From: Epiperipatus broadwayi
Taxonomy: Eukaryota > Animalia > Onychophora
Direction: 5' to 3'
Assembly: GCA_028023455.1 (NCBI GenBank)
Contig: JAQFVV010000005.1
Location: 22,134,001-22,198,000, forward strand
Length of the DNA stretch: 64,000 nt
Position numbers and translations under genes: made by a program. A model generated the notes under the pieces. The model ran no database searches. It was not told where the DNA came from and saw only the letters and a program-made list of their open reading frames with translations. Positions within the stretch are counted from its first letter, which is position 1. Each line of letters starts with the position of its first letter. Positions 13,350 through 26,319 of this stretch are shown one piece after another.

Positions 13350-13764
13350 GTAAGTCTGAAAATTATGAATGAGCAAATAAAAATGGCTGCTTATTTATTT
13401 ATTGTTGAGTTTATATATTAATTAAATTTAATTTTTTCAATTAAAACAATATTATAATTTGTTTCTTAAAGGTCAAATATAGAATTATTATGAATATAAC
13501 TTATAATCACAAATAAATAACCCATTGTATTCATTTATAGTAATAAGTAAATATATATGGATAGGAATTATTTATTTGTTTTAAGATAAGACAGATGCAA
13601 ATAATAATTTAATAAAAAAGTTGATTTAAATAATTATCGTACTTATTTTAGGATAATTGTATATAATTCATTATATCATTTTTTGCATATAAGTAAATGA
13701 ATAAAACAAAATAATTACACAATGACAAATATTGCATTATTTAATACAAAAATGATTCTTTCAG

Positions 13765-13826
13765 GAACAATTCATTGCCCTCCACAATGTAACATGAGAA
13801 GAAAGAGAGGGAAGAAAAATTTGTAG
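13765..13826 (+). CDS. Probable terminal coding exon of the EGF-domain gene
   Basis: Acceptor ttctttcag; phase 1 continues 13349 as (G)TIHCPPQCNMRRKRGKKNL*; AATAAA at 13948. Confidence 0.65.
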
Positions 13827-14049
13827 TTATTAAAAAAATTCTAAATGTTATTATATAGAAATAGTTTGTAAATGCACACAATTATATATATATGTTTTGC
13901 TGCTGAAGGACACAAAATTTTATTGAAAAAGCTGTTTTATATTTAATAATAAAATATTTGCAGTTTCTAATAGCAGTTTATCTTTATTTTAAAGCCTTTT
14001 ATTGCAATCAATGGATAACAGATGGTGTAGTTTATAAAACTCATCTTCA

Positions 14050-14400
14050 GACCAACTGATTTCTGGTTTTTATCTTCATTAGTGAAGATTAGGATTCAAA
14101 CTATAATTAATGTATCTGAAAATCATCTATTACTCAATATATATATTCAAATGAATAATGTGAATTATAAAAATAGAGGCAAAAGCCAGAAACTGGTGAA
14201 TCTGGAAATGGTGATAGTGTAGCACTATAATACTATGTGGTATCTATAATTACTTAAGTTCACAATAGATGGCTCTAGAGTAGAATGAAGATAAATTGTT
14301 CTTGAAAGCTTATAAGTATGCATATGAGAGGTCATGTGATGATATTTGTTGTTTTATATTTTTTACATTTATTTATTTACTTAGACAATGTCTCAGTGCT
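14050..14400. repeat. Family G repeat, inverted plus direct pair with two decayed hammerhead cores
   Basis: Minus core ctaatgaagataaaaaccagaaatcag near 14055-14085; plus partial gaggcaaaagccagaaactggt near 14175-14197. Confidence 0.55.
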
Positions 14401-17189
14401 TCAAACGAGAAATAATAATAATATTTTTATTTATTTATTTAATACATATATTGAAATATATGAAATCCTATTACTGTTTCCTATCAACAGTGTTAAGGAA
14501 TGGAATAGGTATACATTATCTTAAATTATATTTATGTAAAATATTAATTAAAAAAAAAGTACTTATACATTAAATGTTACAAATTCAATTTGTTTGCAAA
14601 TGATAGCATATTAAAAATATAAAATAAATAGATATAATTAAAGAGAGAAAAATTTTTTTATATATATTTATAGACAGGTATTATTATTATTCATAATTAC
14701 AACATTACTTAATGAAATTTTTACACATCCAATCAAATAGAGTTTTTAAAAGAAGGCTTTCCAATTTCGTCAACAGATATTTTAATATCATACAGAAATT
14801 ATTAAATAGATCTAAACCATTGTATCCTCTTTGCCTTCTGCATTTAATTTTGTAATAATTTGATAATTCCAATATACATAAAGAGAAACTTTTAGTACCA
14901 TCAGTGGTTTTAATCTGATTAAATCTGCCTCCATCAAGGAAAACTTTATAAATCATTCAATATCCCAAATTCTAACAAACAATACTTATTAAAAATATCC
15001 ATAACAGATCAGTCTTTTTTTACACCCATAAATGATGCACAGAGCATAATTTTTCAATATTTGCAGATTTCAATTTACATAATTAGATGCATTTTAAAAA
15101 AAAAAATAGAAATGCAATAAATTATGTGAGCAATAAAACATGATTTATATATCTATCTAAAACAATATTCCTTGTTAAAAATAAATATGTATGGAAAAAA
15201 AGCAAATGAATCCCTTAAGAAATTACATGATTAGACCATAATAAATTTAGATCCAATCATACATTATAAAAACAAAATCATTCAGCGTTCTCAATGTAAA
15301 GGCCGTAGCTTTGGTTTTTTACTTCTTTACATAGAAATGATTATCATTAAACCACATCATCATTATCATCAGCAGCATAATAATAATGATGATGATGATG
15401 GTGGTGGTGGTTGTGATGATGATGATCTTTTATCTAGGTTTCACATAGTGTTAGTATTATTCTCAAAACCTATTACTTTATAATTTTTCTTGATTGATAT
15501 TTCAATGTTTATGATAATATTATAGTTCAGAATTTTATTGAAATCTAATTATCTGACTTTATACTATTTAATTCAGTGCAGTTTCTGCATCAATATACAC
15601 TCCTTCAAGAATACGTTATTCAAAAAAACAAATGTAAATAAATAAACTAATTAATTAAAATTCATTAATTGAATAAATTATATAATATGGCAGAGTCATT
15701 TTTTCATCTCAGAATGTCACAAACTTTCACAGTTATTAATCTTGAAAGCATATACATTTTATTATTCACTTTTATTCTTTTTGAAATCGTACAATGAAAG
15801 TTGTTGATTTAGTAGTGGCAGCAAAAAAAAACCCCTGTAAAACATTCTTGTATTGCATTACAAATATTGGAGTTTAAAGAGTTTAACCAAGAATCTGAAA
15901 TGGGTAATGAGAAGGAGTAATTGTATAATATAAATGCTGAAGTCCATATAGTCTTAAAAATATCAAAACTAGAAAGATCATTGATAGTTGATGATGAGAT
16001 TGCTATTAGTGTTTGTATAGGGGGAAAAGTTATTGAAGAAATAGGATATCATCCAGAAAGTGTTAGATTATATCACTATTAATTTTATTTGTAAAAAAAT
16101 AAAGTACAATAAGTTTTTTTATTATTTTTGCTTTTTGAATGAATGTGAATGAGTGAACATGCAAGCACAATATATGAATATGCTACTTCAATTTACTATT
16201 AATAACTACATTAGTATTTTTTAAAACTTCGTTATATCTGTGTTATATACATATAAGTGACGTGTTTCATAGAACGCATTCAGAATAACAGAAGTTGGTC
16301 TCACTTCTGGGCTGATAGATGGTTATATTATGATTGCACTAAGTTGAAAGAAACACCAAGATAAAAATAAAATTTGAATATATATATATATTGAAAAGTA
16401 CTGCACATGTGCGTGTCAAAAACAATATGTACTCTATTTCAATATCTTGTTATACATAGTATGTGATATATATAAAAAGACTTGACACAAAATATGGCAA
16501 ATATTGTAGCTCAACTATATAAGGGAAAAAGTCCCTTCCAGTTATGTATGAATAAGTTCCACTTTTGCAAGTCTTACGATTAATTATTGTTTAAAACTGT
16601 TTTTCATACAACTCTGATATTGTCATAAGACTATCCATCTTTAAAAAACTTTGATTCAAAGGTTTTAACTAATCCCATCTATTAAAACTATATTTATTTT
16701 TGATACTTCCACGAAAAATGATAAATAATTTAGGATTCTTTTTGATTACTTCAGGAGAGTTTTAACATTCACCAGAAGAATCCAATTAAATCAGAATTAA
16801 ATTAAAATATTTAAGGTGCTTAATTTGTTATGGAAAACTTAGCATCAAAAAGACTCTAATTCTTAGTAGAATTTTGATTAGTGTAAACAATAAATATCAC
16901 TTTTCTAATGACAGATCTTGGCCAGTTTTAGAGAGTAATACAACTGACAAAATAAATTTCCCAACAATTACATTTTAAATACAAAATTATTACATTTCAT
17001 AAATTTGATGTATTAATTTTAAAGATTACATTTGGTCTCCTTTTTACAACCCCTTACTTACTACATATATGTTGTAAACAGTCTTTCAATGCATCAGTAA
17101 TAATTGTAAAGGATGATGATGATGATAGTTCTTTATAGAACTTTTATATTTCTTTTGTAATGTTGAAGACACTGCCTACATGACTCTTT

Positions 17190-17960
17190 GCTTACATATA
17201 ATATTTATTGATAGAAGCAATTCCCTAATGGGTACTAGATAGCAGTTCTATAATATGCATATATAATTCTATTCTATCCATATTCCAGAAATAGTTTTTG
17301 GCTCATAATGTTTATAATTGAGAAGCTTGGATTATTCATCTCTCATGGTTTAAATTTTCAATAGATAGCTCTGGAGAATAGTGCACATAATTGCTCTTAA
17401 CATAATATGCTATATGTTAGCAAAGATAGTTATACCATATAATACTAAATTGTCCAAGCACTTTACTACTGTTACACAATGCTTTATTTACCACCCTTTT
17501 TTACAGTTTCGATTGCCCCAGCAATCTTCTTCAGAACTTTATATCTCCTAACCTCACTTTTTTTCAAAGATAATTATGAGATGTTTATTACTTTGCACTA
17601 TTCTACAAACAGGATAAAAAAATGTGCCTACAGTTTTGGTAAAATTGTGAAGACTAAAATATTTTAATTGTTGATCTAATGTCATGTCTTTATAACTATA
17701 CAAAAAAGTTGGCTTGGATTCAAAACATTAAAGTATTTTAAATTTTCATCTGTTAGCTTGACAACAATAACAACAACAAAAAAAAAGAATAAAAAAATGT
17801 GACTGTTGTATAATAGTTATATTAGATACAGGAAGTTCACAAAATGTATCACTGATGAAAGCCTCAGACCAGAGTTTAATCTGGGGATGTTTATAAAATA
17901 AAACTAGTTGAGAACATAAAAAACACTGTTATCTAGTATCCATTGATTGCTTAAGCTTGT
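17190..17960 (+). repeat. Family G repeat copy
   Basis: Shared blocks atagaagcaatttccct, ttggattcaaaacattaa, cactgatgaaagcc...ctggggat, tatccattgatt. Confidence 0.65.
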
Positions 17961-18899
17961 AATATAAAACTTTGAAGTAGAAGGAAAAGATGGATTTTTT
18001 GACAGCTTAACTATTAATAAATATTATAAAGGAAACTGTAGAGATTTCAACCAGTAGCTAGAATCCCCATTGGCTTTATTAAGTCATTCAATTCTACCTT
18101 TTTAGACATGGATTCAACAGTTACCAACTTTGTGATTCATAGTTTGTGTCCATCTATATTTACATAGATCAGTCACTGATGAATTCCATTTGTGAGGCAG
18201 ATAAGTGCTATGCCTATAAATTGGCCTGAATCTAATTGTTGAAACTTCAATTGTTTCTAGGAAAATCAAATATAGATTTGGATCTGGTAAAGAATTTCAT
18301 TTTTATGCCTTAATTCTTTGATTTTACATTTTTGATTGAACATCCAAAGGGCGATCTTGATTTGAGATAAATCTTAGGTGGTCGAACTGCATCTTGAATT
18401 TTTGGCAACTTCCATGTGAACTAGTTTTACTTCTGATAAAAATGTAATAGAAGCCATGACTGTGAGTGTCCAAGCATTTGGTACCCTTTTTTAAAAAAAA
18501 TGCCTATCATTTCTTTTTGAAAAAAAAAAGTCAAATTCACAGACCAATGATAGATAGAATAATATGATAATAAATATATGAGTCAAAGAAAACCAGAAAA
18601 TTGTTTAAAATTGTCAGGGAACATTGTATTTCATTGGTATTTTAAAACACTGTTGGAAGCAGATGCCCACTATTAGTAGCAAAGTATATGTTAATGATTA
18701 AATATGAGTCAACCCTATGAACACAATAAAGGAAGAGAATTTTTGTTGAAGAGATCAAAGAATGGCAGTCTTTATGTCTTGAGAAATAATGAAAAATCTT
18801 CTCTGATATATTAATTTATAAGAAGTTTGTAAACTGATGCAAAATATATATAAAAATTCCAAAAGTAGTCTCCCCCCCCCTTTTTTTTTAGATCCATCT

Positions 18900-19230
18900 A
18901 TTGTAAGCAATGGACAATAGATGATATCACTATAATATCCTCGTCCAAGACCAGTTTTGGTGTTTTTTCTTGCATCAGTAATGACTTAGGATTCAAAACT
19001 GAAACTAATGCATCTAAACACCCCCCCCTTTACTATTTTATACTATTTAAGCTAATAGTCTGAAATAAAAAATATCAGAAGTTTTAAACTCATCGACTCA
19101 CTTGAGCAATTGTACACATACCAAGTCAGTTTCATATATTTTAGATATTTCTATTTGCCTAGGAAAGTTAATACATTTACTCATTTGCTTCCAAAAGCAA
19201 TTCTTTTTTATCTTACTCTAGATTCTTCTC
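18900..19230 (-). repeat. Family G repeat copy
   Basis: Matches 9560-9690; decayed core actgatgcaag...aaaactggtc on minus strand. Confidence 0.55.
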
Positions 19231-20139
19231 TATTAGATTACAAAGTAATCAATGGACTCCAGGTAGTATCAAACGTATAGTATATGACTCTGAAAATATG
19301 AGAAAATTACAAGATATTGTTATCATTATATTACAATGATCTCGCAGTACGTTTTGATTTTTCCTCTAACGAAAAATTCCGCCCTAGTTTTATTCGATAA
19401 TAAAAATAATCTAATGGTTTATTGCTCGGAAATGCATAAAAAGTTCGAAAAATGCATAAGCAGTGGCAAAGCTGGTCGCCATTCGTAGACCTTAAGTTCG
19501 AGAATCCGCTATTCTACCACCCCCACCCACCCACCCCACCCCGCAATATTTTTGACAAGTAATAGTGAATTGTTGACAGTTTAAAAATTATTTTTTGCTT
19601 TTTGAAGGAGGATTTTTATGATATTTTTTATACTTTTTCCCACTGTCCTTTATTCTTTCATAATACTTATTACACCCCCGTAATTGATTTAAATTTTCTA
19701 AAATTGGATATTTAAATTGCTTTTCTTCTAAAAAATTTTGATATATAGAGTTTCTCAGTGCCCGAAGGAATTTACTCATCTGGTAAATATTTTATAGTTG
19801 ATAAAGGTTTGATTTTTAGTTAAAAATGAAATGATGTAAACAGGACTTAAGGCATATTTTCAGATTAAAAAAAAACATCAATTACAAGAGATAAAATATA
19901 TAAGGCACTATTATTCCTTATAAATTACTATTAGAATTAATAGATTGATATTTTGTGACACACATAAACCTAGAGAGTTTATACACGTATAAAAATAATC
20001 TTAAATGCATAAATAAATATGTACATGCACGCATGTGGGTAATTGCTACGAACTTTCCGTAATAAAATTAAGAGGCAAGAATTAAAATTTACATTTTAGT
20101 GAGCATTTATTTATACAACAAATCTCCAAAAAAAAGAGA

Positions 20140-20330
20140 GTATTTTATGGTGAACTTGTGACTGGTTCCAAGGGTGAGGCAGATCCTTTTACGTCTAAAA
20201 AGGATTATCTTAAAGACACTCTAGAGAAGAGCAAATTTGATTACTTTGAGTAGTTATGACTCATAGAATATAATGGAAATCTATAATTAGATATCGTGTT
20301 GAAGTTTTCTAATGGCCAAACTCACGTATG
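20140..20330 (+). mobile_element. RTE-BovB-like ORF C-terminal fragment
   Basis: FYGELVTGSKGEADPFTSKKDYLKDTLEK resembles the RTE motif LYGEL..G.R..G.P..R.KD.LK. Confidence 0.55.
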
Positions 20331-21929
20331 AGTTCAGTTGTTCATGATGATGAAAAATTAGATTTTTAGAAATTCAAAACTATCAAAAAATAATAATGTC
20401 TTCCTAATTTAATTACATTTATCTCCGTCTTCCACTAATACACCGATATTTAATGTTCCAATCCTTTCTTTGGTTATCTAAATTTGTGGATTGTAAAAAA
20501 TCCTAAATAATATATGTGCTTAACCTATATTCATACATATACAGTACAATTCAATCTTTAAAGTGAACATGTTTACACATCAACAAAATTAATGTAAAAA
20601 ATAAAAATAATTGTATCACTTTATTCAGGGATTCATAATAATTTTGACCACCAGAATGCGATAGAAATTGGTTGCAATCCATGAGCCTTGAACTCTAGAG
20701 TACCAACCACTACACCAAATCACACAGAACACTATATATATATATATAACAATGCAGTTATAGAAGGATGAGAATAATAATAAATTTAAAAGAATATATA
20801 TATAACCACATAACACAAAGAAGAAAATGACTGTAGGCAGATGATTCATGATTTTATTTATACAAGCAGATGTGCATATGAAATTTAAGAATTCAAATTT
20901 TGTATCTTTTCTTATTTTTTTCTTAATTCTTTTTTGATTTGTGGATAGCTGAAACAATTAATCAATGGATATATGAGAATTAATATATTATTCATGCAGT
21001 CAAAAACATCAATAAAATTTTTATAAGTAATTTACTTGTAAGATCGATTTATAAGTTCCTTTAGCATTATTCAGGTTGCACAGTAAAGGTATCAGGTTAT
21101 AGTCACTATGTAATAGCCTGCCATGCTGGTGACCTGCATTCAAATCTGAAATGGAGGTGAATGATTTTTCAGGTAGATGAAAATCTATGCAAGTTCAGAA
21201 TTTTTTCAGATCATAGTCTACAGTTACCCAATATGACCATTGAATGTAAAATTGTTTACAATTTGGATGCAGCTCAAAGTCTATGGATTGCATCCCATGT
21301 TTGTCATATCCAGCACTCAAATTTCTTATGAACTCCCAAAGCAATAAATCTTTCTATTATTATTATTGAAGCTAATCTCAGAACATTATAAGCCAATTTA
21401 ATGTTTGATGGTATATTAACAATAAAAAAAACAATACAATTAGAATATGATACAACTTCACAATAGATGAGACTTATTTCAGATATTTAACTTATGATTT
21501 ACTAATTTCACTGATATATCATTCTTTAACAGCATATTAATAATAATATTGCTGCTTTCTATTTTGTTTTTATTCTCTTACTGGGTAACTTATTATACAA
21601 GTGACCATTTCCTATGTTGAGGAGAACTTATCCTATTTAGTCAAATAATAGAGTGAGTCAATGGAGAGTTAAAGATTCTGTATAGACCAATACTCAATGG
21701 GTCACTTTCTGCATTTGAATGCCACATGGCCTCCTGACTAACTAACCACTTTTTTAAATAACAGTATTTAGAATATTATTGGCATCGTAATTTCATGAAG
21801 TTTTATCTATAATGCTTGGATTGAGATGTTTTTTTTTTTGCAAGGAGGTGTAAGAATGTATAACTTTTGCTCACCATTAAAATTTCTTAAATACTGAGAT
21901 AACTGCTCAGCAGTTAGTAATAGTTAAAA

Positions 21930-22460
21930 GATTATCATCATTTTCAGCTATTCTTGATTTACTAACATCTCTCTTCAAGTTTAATTCAGTTTCTCTCATC
22001 CATATCTTTTTTTTTCCCCATCATATTATCAAAATTTTTTATTTCATCCATTCAACTTGTATATATTATCTTTTTAAGTCTTTTACCATTTCTTAAGATT
22101 TAAGATTTTAATTTTCCATATGTTATCATCGCTTTTAGCAATATTTCCAGTCCAGATTCATTTCAGTCTCTTAATTCTTTCAGTAATGTCAATGAAATCT
22201 GTTTATTTTCTAACTTAAATATTTCACATTCAATTCCTTCCAGTTACTTCTAACATACATCCCTCCATACTTCATTGAGTGGTCTAAAGTTTCTAAATTG
22301 CTCTTCTCTTAAGTGTTACAGTCTCAGATTCATAAATAAGAACTGTTAAAACACATTTATTAAAAACCTTTCTTTTCAAACACATAGGTATATTTCCCTT
22401 TTAATATTAAATTATTTCTACCAAAAGCTATATATCCAAGTTAATTTCATCCATTATGTT
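21930..22460 (-). mobile_element. RTE LINE 3' fragment (same family as 370-1398)
   Basis: Reverse complement matches 850-1390 (ttttggtagaaataatttaatattaaaagggaaatatacctatgtgtttgaaaag...). Confidence 0.8.
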
Positions 22461-22537
22461 TATATATGTATTAATAATCTGACCAAAATATATATATAGT
22501 TGTTAGCTAAATCATTATTATCCAATAGTTGAGCGGC

Positions 22538-23231
22538 AATCCATAATTCTTGAGCTCCAGAGCCTCTTATTCGGGCACCAAGCAGAATTTCCTTTCCATA
22601 TTAATTGTATTTAAAAATATGGCGAGTAAAAAAAAGGACACTCTTTTTTTCTTTGGATAAAAAACGAAAAAAATTTTCTGTTTTTACGCCACAAAAAGAG
22701 ATATTTATATTAAAAAGAAAGAATAAAAAAATTCTATACTTTTTGAAAGATAATTCCTATCCATTTATTATAGCTTGTTGACAGGTTAAAGTGAGCGTTT
22801 TAGCAGTTATGCAAACACCCCACCCCCCATTCCCGTCTTCTTAAAATATAATAGTTAAAAAATGTCATTTACCTTTAGAGGAAACTCTTGTTTTTTTTAA
22901 AAGCGGACCCTAATAAATCATTTTTGTAGTTTGAAAAATTATTTTATATGAATTTAAAACTAAATTAACCAATACTGTAATTGTATTTAATTTTCCAATC
23001 AACCTATGGATTGTAATCAACAGAATATCAAACGAGGTTCTACTGTAGGTAGGTTTTTGATATATATTACGGTATTGCAGCAATCAATAATAAAAGAAAG
23101 TTGGCATTGATTTTGGTTAAAAAGTATTTGCATTCATGGAATTGGAGGTTCATGGATCAAAGTTTTTCGGTCATTTCCGATCCTCGAGCTTCGAATTTCG
23201 TATGAACTCTGGAGCTATAAAATCATCGATT
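22538..23231. mobile_element. MITE-like element with about 25-bp TIRs, superfamily unassigned
   Basis: 22538-22562 versus reverse complement of 23207-23231: 20/25 identity; related TCTGGAGCT.A.AT motifs near 39310 and 58395; no clear TSD. Confidence 0.5.
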
Positions 23232-23361
23232 ATATTATATATGTGAAAGAATAATTTTAAAATTCCTTTATTTTTATCAAAATATTATTCAAATATTATT
23301 TATCAGTTATTGGTTTACATGACACTTTATTGATATCATCTTATTATCACCATCAGTAGTT

Positions 23362-23474
23362 TTTTTTTTTTTTTCATATGTCATAGCATCGGCCGGGACG
23401 CGAACCTACAACCGTCTGCAACCAACTACTTGCTTGCAAGGCGGCTGCGATGACCTCTAGGCTAACAACGCTCG
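23362..23474 (-). mobile_element. tRNA-Gly-derived SINE, long subfamily
   Basis: Poly(A) tail and perfect 19-bp TSD ATTATCACCATCAGTAGTT (23343-61 / 23475-93). Confidence 0.92.
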
Positions 23475-24862
23475 ATTATCACCATCAGTAGTTATTCTCA
23501 AATGATTATAGTCATTCCAATTCCGATAAATAAAAAATGATAGAAAGACATAATAATTTAATTCATTTATTTAAATCCAAAACAATAGTTTATAGTCAAT
23601 TACAAATTGCACCTAAAAATAGTAAAGGGAATATATACAATGCATATTACGTAATAATAAAAGGAAGTAACAAACAAAGATGAAAAACGTATATATAATA
23701 AATGTAAATTAATCACAAATGGCATTCAAATTTAAGAGTATTGTAAAATTGCTTAGGATCCAAATTAAAATGATTGATATTAGTAAAAACCTGATTATAT
23801 AAAGAGCGTAGAATAAATAAAAAAGAAATTTTAAGCACATTAAAACGACAAGATTAAAAACAGAGTATCATGCTCATGGGATCTAATTACAATAGCTGAA
23901 ATTATATCAGAATTTTTTGATTTATAATTTTGAAAAGAAATTTAAGATTTCTATTTCCACCTAGAAGAAAGATGAAAATCAACTTTATTTTCCAGAAAAA
24001 CATATTTGGTGAATTTATTAGATCCTAATTATATTAAATTACATTTTTGGTTAGATTTAGGATTTCAAATGATTTAACAATTTTAAATGATGGGAAGAAA
24101 CAATGACAAAAATATTTTGAATATCATACCTAAAGATGGCACCCATGGTTTTAAAAGCTTTGCTAACAATCATTTGTATATGAAGAAAGAATCCGTTCTT
24201 AGAAAATAAGTCTCCTAAATTTTTGGGGAATGGAACAGGATTAATTTTGTGAAAATAAAATATAAAAAAATTAAACTTCAGATTACTTAGAGAAAGAATG
24301 AAACGAGAACATTTGAAGATCAGATATAAGTGGTCAGATTAATGAATTAGCATTAATACAAGGGAATTAGTGATGTTTATAAAGTAGTTTATAAATTAAA
24401 TAATGTACTCAGAGTCTGTAAATATATTTATATATTATGAACATTACATATTTAATAACAAGGAAATTTATTTATGGAATTATTAAAATTACTATACGAT
24501 CTTCACCAATGTATAAAAATGTGATTTATTTTTGAATATGCTTAAAACCTCCATTCCACCGCATATTCTTGAAACATGTGATAAATGACTCCCAAGATGC
24601 ATTTCATGCTGAATCAGTATTCTTCAGTTGCAATCTCCTGCGCACATTGTTCAGTATTTATCAATGCCAAATTATTACGCTTTGATTTAAAAGTGGTAAA
24701 CTTTCTGCACTCACAACTTTGATCCAACCACTTCATATATCTGCTTGAGGGGTAATTTCTAGTTTAATAACTGATTAATATTAGTCATTAATGTATTTTT
24801 CTGAAATGGATAATATCAAAATTATGAATATAGAAATTTTGACATTTATAAATCAGAATATA

Positions 24863-25083
24863 TTTACTGAGGCTATAACCTCGATAATATGCGTATAAAA
24901 TGCGATAGTAGGGACCTCTACAGGTGTTTTAACCACAAGCTTACGCTATGGAAGAAAAGAGGGTTAAGCTTGTGGTTAAAACACCTGTAGAGGTCCCTGC
25001 ATTTTATACGCATATTATCGAGGTTATAGCCCCAGTAAATATTACTTACGTAATCAATGTGCGTTTAATAAATTTATAATTAC
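24863..25083. mobile_element. Fold-back insertion (family D)
   Basis: About 80-bp near-perfect inverted arms around a 21-nt loop; 13-bp direct repeat AAATCAGAATATA (24850-62 / 25084-96). Confidence 0.8.
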
Positions 25084-25214
25084 AAATCAGAATATAATTA
25101 TTCAGTAGATATAAAATTATTTTTATGTAAACATCTTATAGAGTAACCATATTGTTTACATGGCTATATAATTCACTGTTGAAATTTTTGGTTAAAATGT
25201 ATTTCAATGTTTTT

Positions 25215-25312
25215 TGTTTTTTTTTTATATGTCAAAGCGTTCACTGGGAAGCGAACCCGGGCCTGCTGCTTGGAAGGCAGCTATGCTAACCGCTAGGCCA
25301 CCAACGCTTGAC
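25215..25312 (-). mobile_element. tRNA-Gly(TCC)-derived SINE, short subfamily
   Basis: GTCAA-GCGTTGGTGG..GGTTAGCATAGCTGCCTTCCAAGCAG..GGGTTCGCTTCCC..AACGC-TTTGACATAT(A)n; TSD ATTTCAATGTTTTT (25201-14 / 25313-26). Confidence 0.92.
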
Positions 25313-25549
25313 ATTTCAATGTTTTTGACATCTTTAATCTGCTGAAATACATTTAATTTTTCTACAAATACTTTTTCTAATAAACATTGTCTGTATTTAC
25401 ATTTATTATATTTTCATTCTTAAATAAAAATTTTGGGTTTGATTTATTTTTAAGACTACTTTCAGGATACCCACCGATCTTTTTTTTTTTTTTTTCAGAA
25501 TTAGCAGCTGATTGTGAAATCATGTGACATCCATTTACATTGATGTTTA

Positions 25550-25960
25550 TTATATGCTGATAGAAGCAATTTTCCCTATTCTATCACATAGCTATTTATT
25601 ACAAGATGTTCTAAAGAGAAAATAATTGTTCTTAACAATATATATATATATTGTATGTAAACAGATATACTAATGTGATGTTTGTTGTTTATACCTTGTG
25701 GCTAAAGATTTGAAAAATATGTATGGTTATAAAACTGAGGATATTAAAATGCATAGTTAGTTACTTGAATTATGTCAGATCTATATAACTATAGAAACAA
25801 ATTGACTTGGATTCAAAACATTAAGGTATTTTTAAATTTCAGGTAATTACCTTGATAGTAAAAAAAGGAAGAAAAAGAATAAAAGATGGAGTCTGAACGA
25901 GAAGTATATTAGGTCCAAATTCTCACTAATGAAGGGCATAGCTAGTATAAGGATAGAGAT
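25550..25960 (+). repeat. Family G repeat copy
   Basis: gatagaagcaattttccct, gacttggattcaaaacattaagg, ctcactaatgaagg. Confidence 0.6.
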
Positions 25961-26319
25961 TGGGTATCAATAAATGTGATACAAGAACACAATCATTTAG
26001 CCTTCATTTAATTATTCAAGTTTACTATAGATGGCGCTGGAGAAGACTGGAAAAAAAATTATTTCTAACAATGTATTTTATATGCAAACAAAAAGTTATA
26101 TAATGCATAAGTTTATGTAAAAAATACATTTTATCTAACATTTTTATTATCATTAATCATTATTTCTAATTTTACTCTTTCAACTTATTGATTTTCTAAT
26201 TCTTTTTTATATTCGAAATAGAGTTCAAATCTTTTTTTTTTTTTTTATTCATGGCCAACTCTTTGGTTTTTAGATGCAACACACATTTGCTTTTTCTCAA
26301 TTCTAATCAAATACATTAA

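Noticed and set aside
19461-19644. hAT-like MITE (CAGTGGCAAA / TTTCCCACTG)
   Set aside because: Only a 10-bp imperfect match and no 8-bp TSD
23880-24400. Possible second mariner remnant (DGxP-like and SP-like motifs)
   Set aside because: Too degraded to support
24900-24963. Twister-ribozyme resemblance (CACAAGC...GAGGG) in family D
   Set aside because: The T1 pseudoknot pairing and P1/P2 helices could not be built
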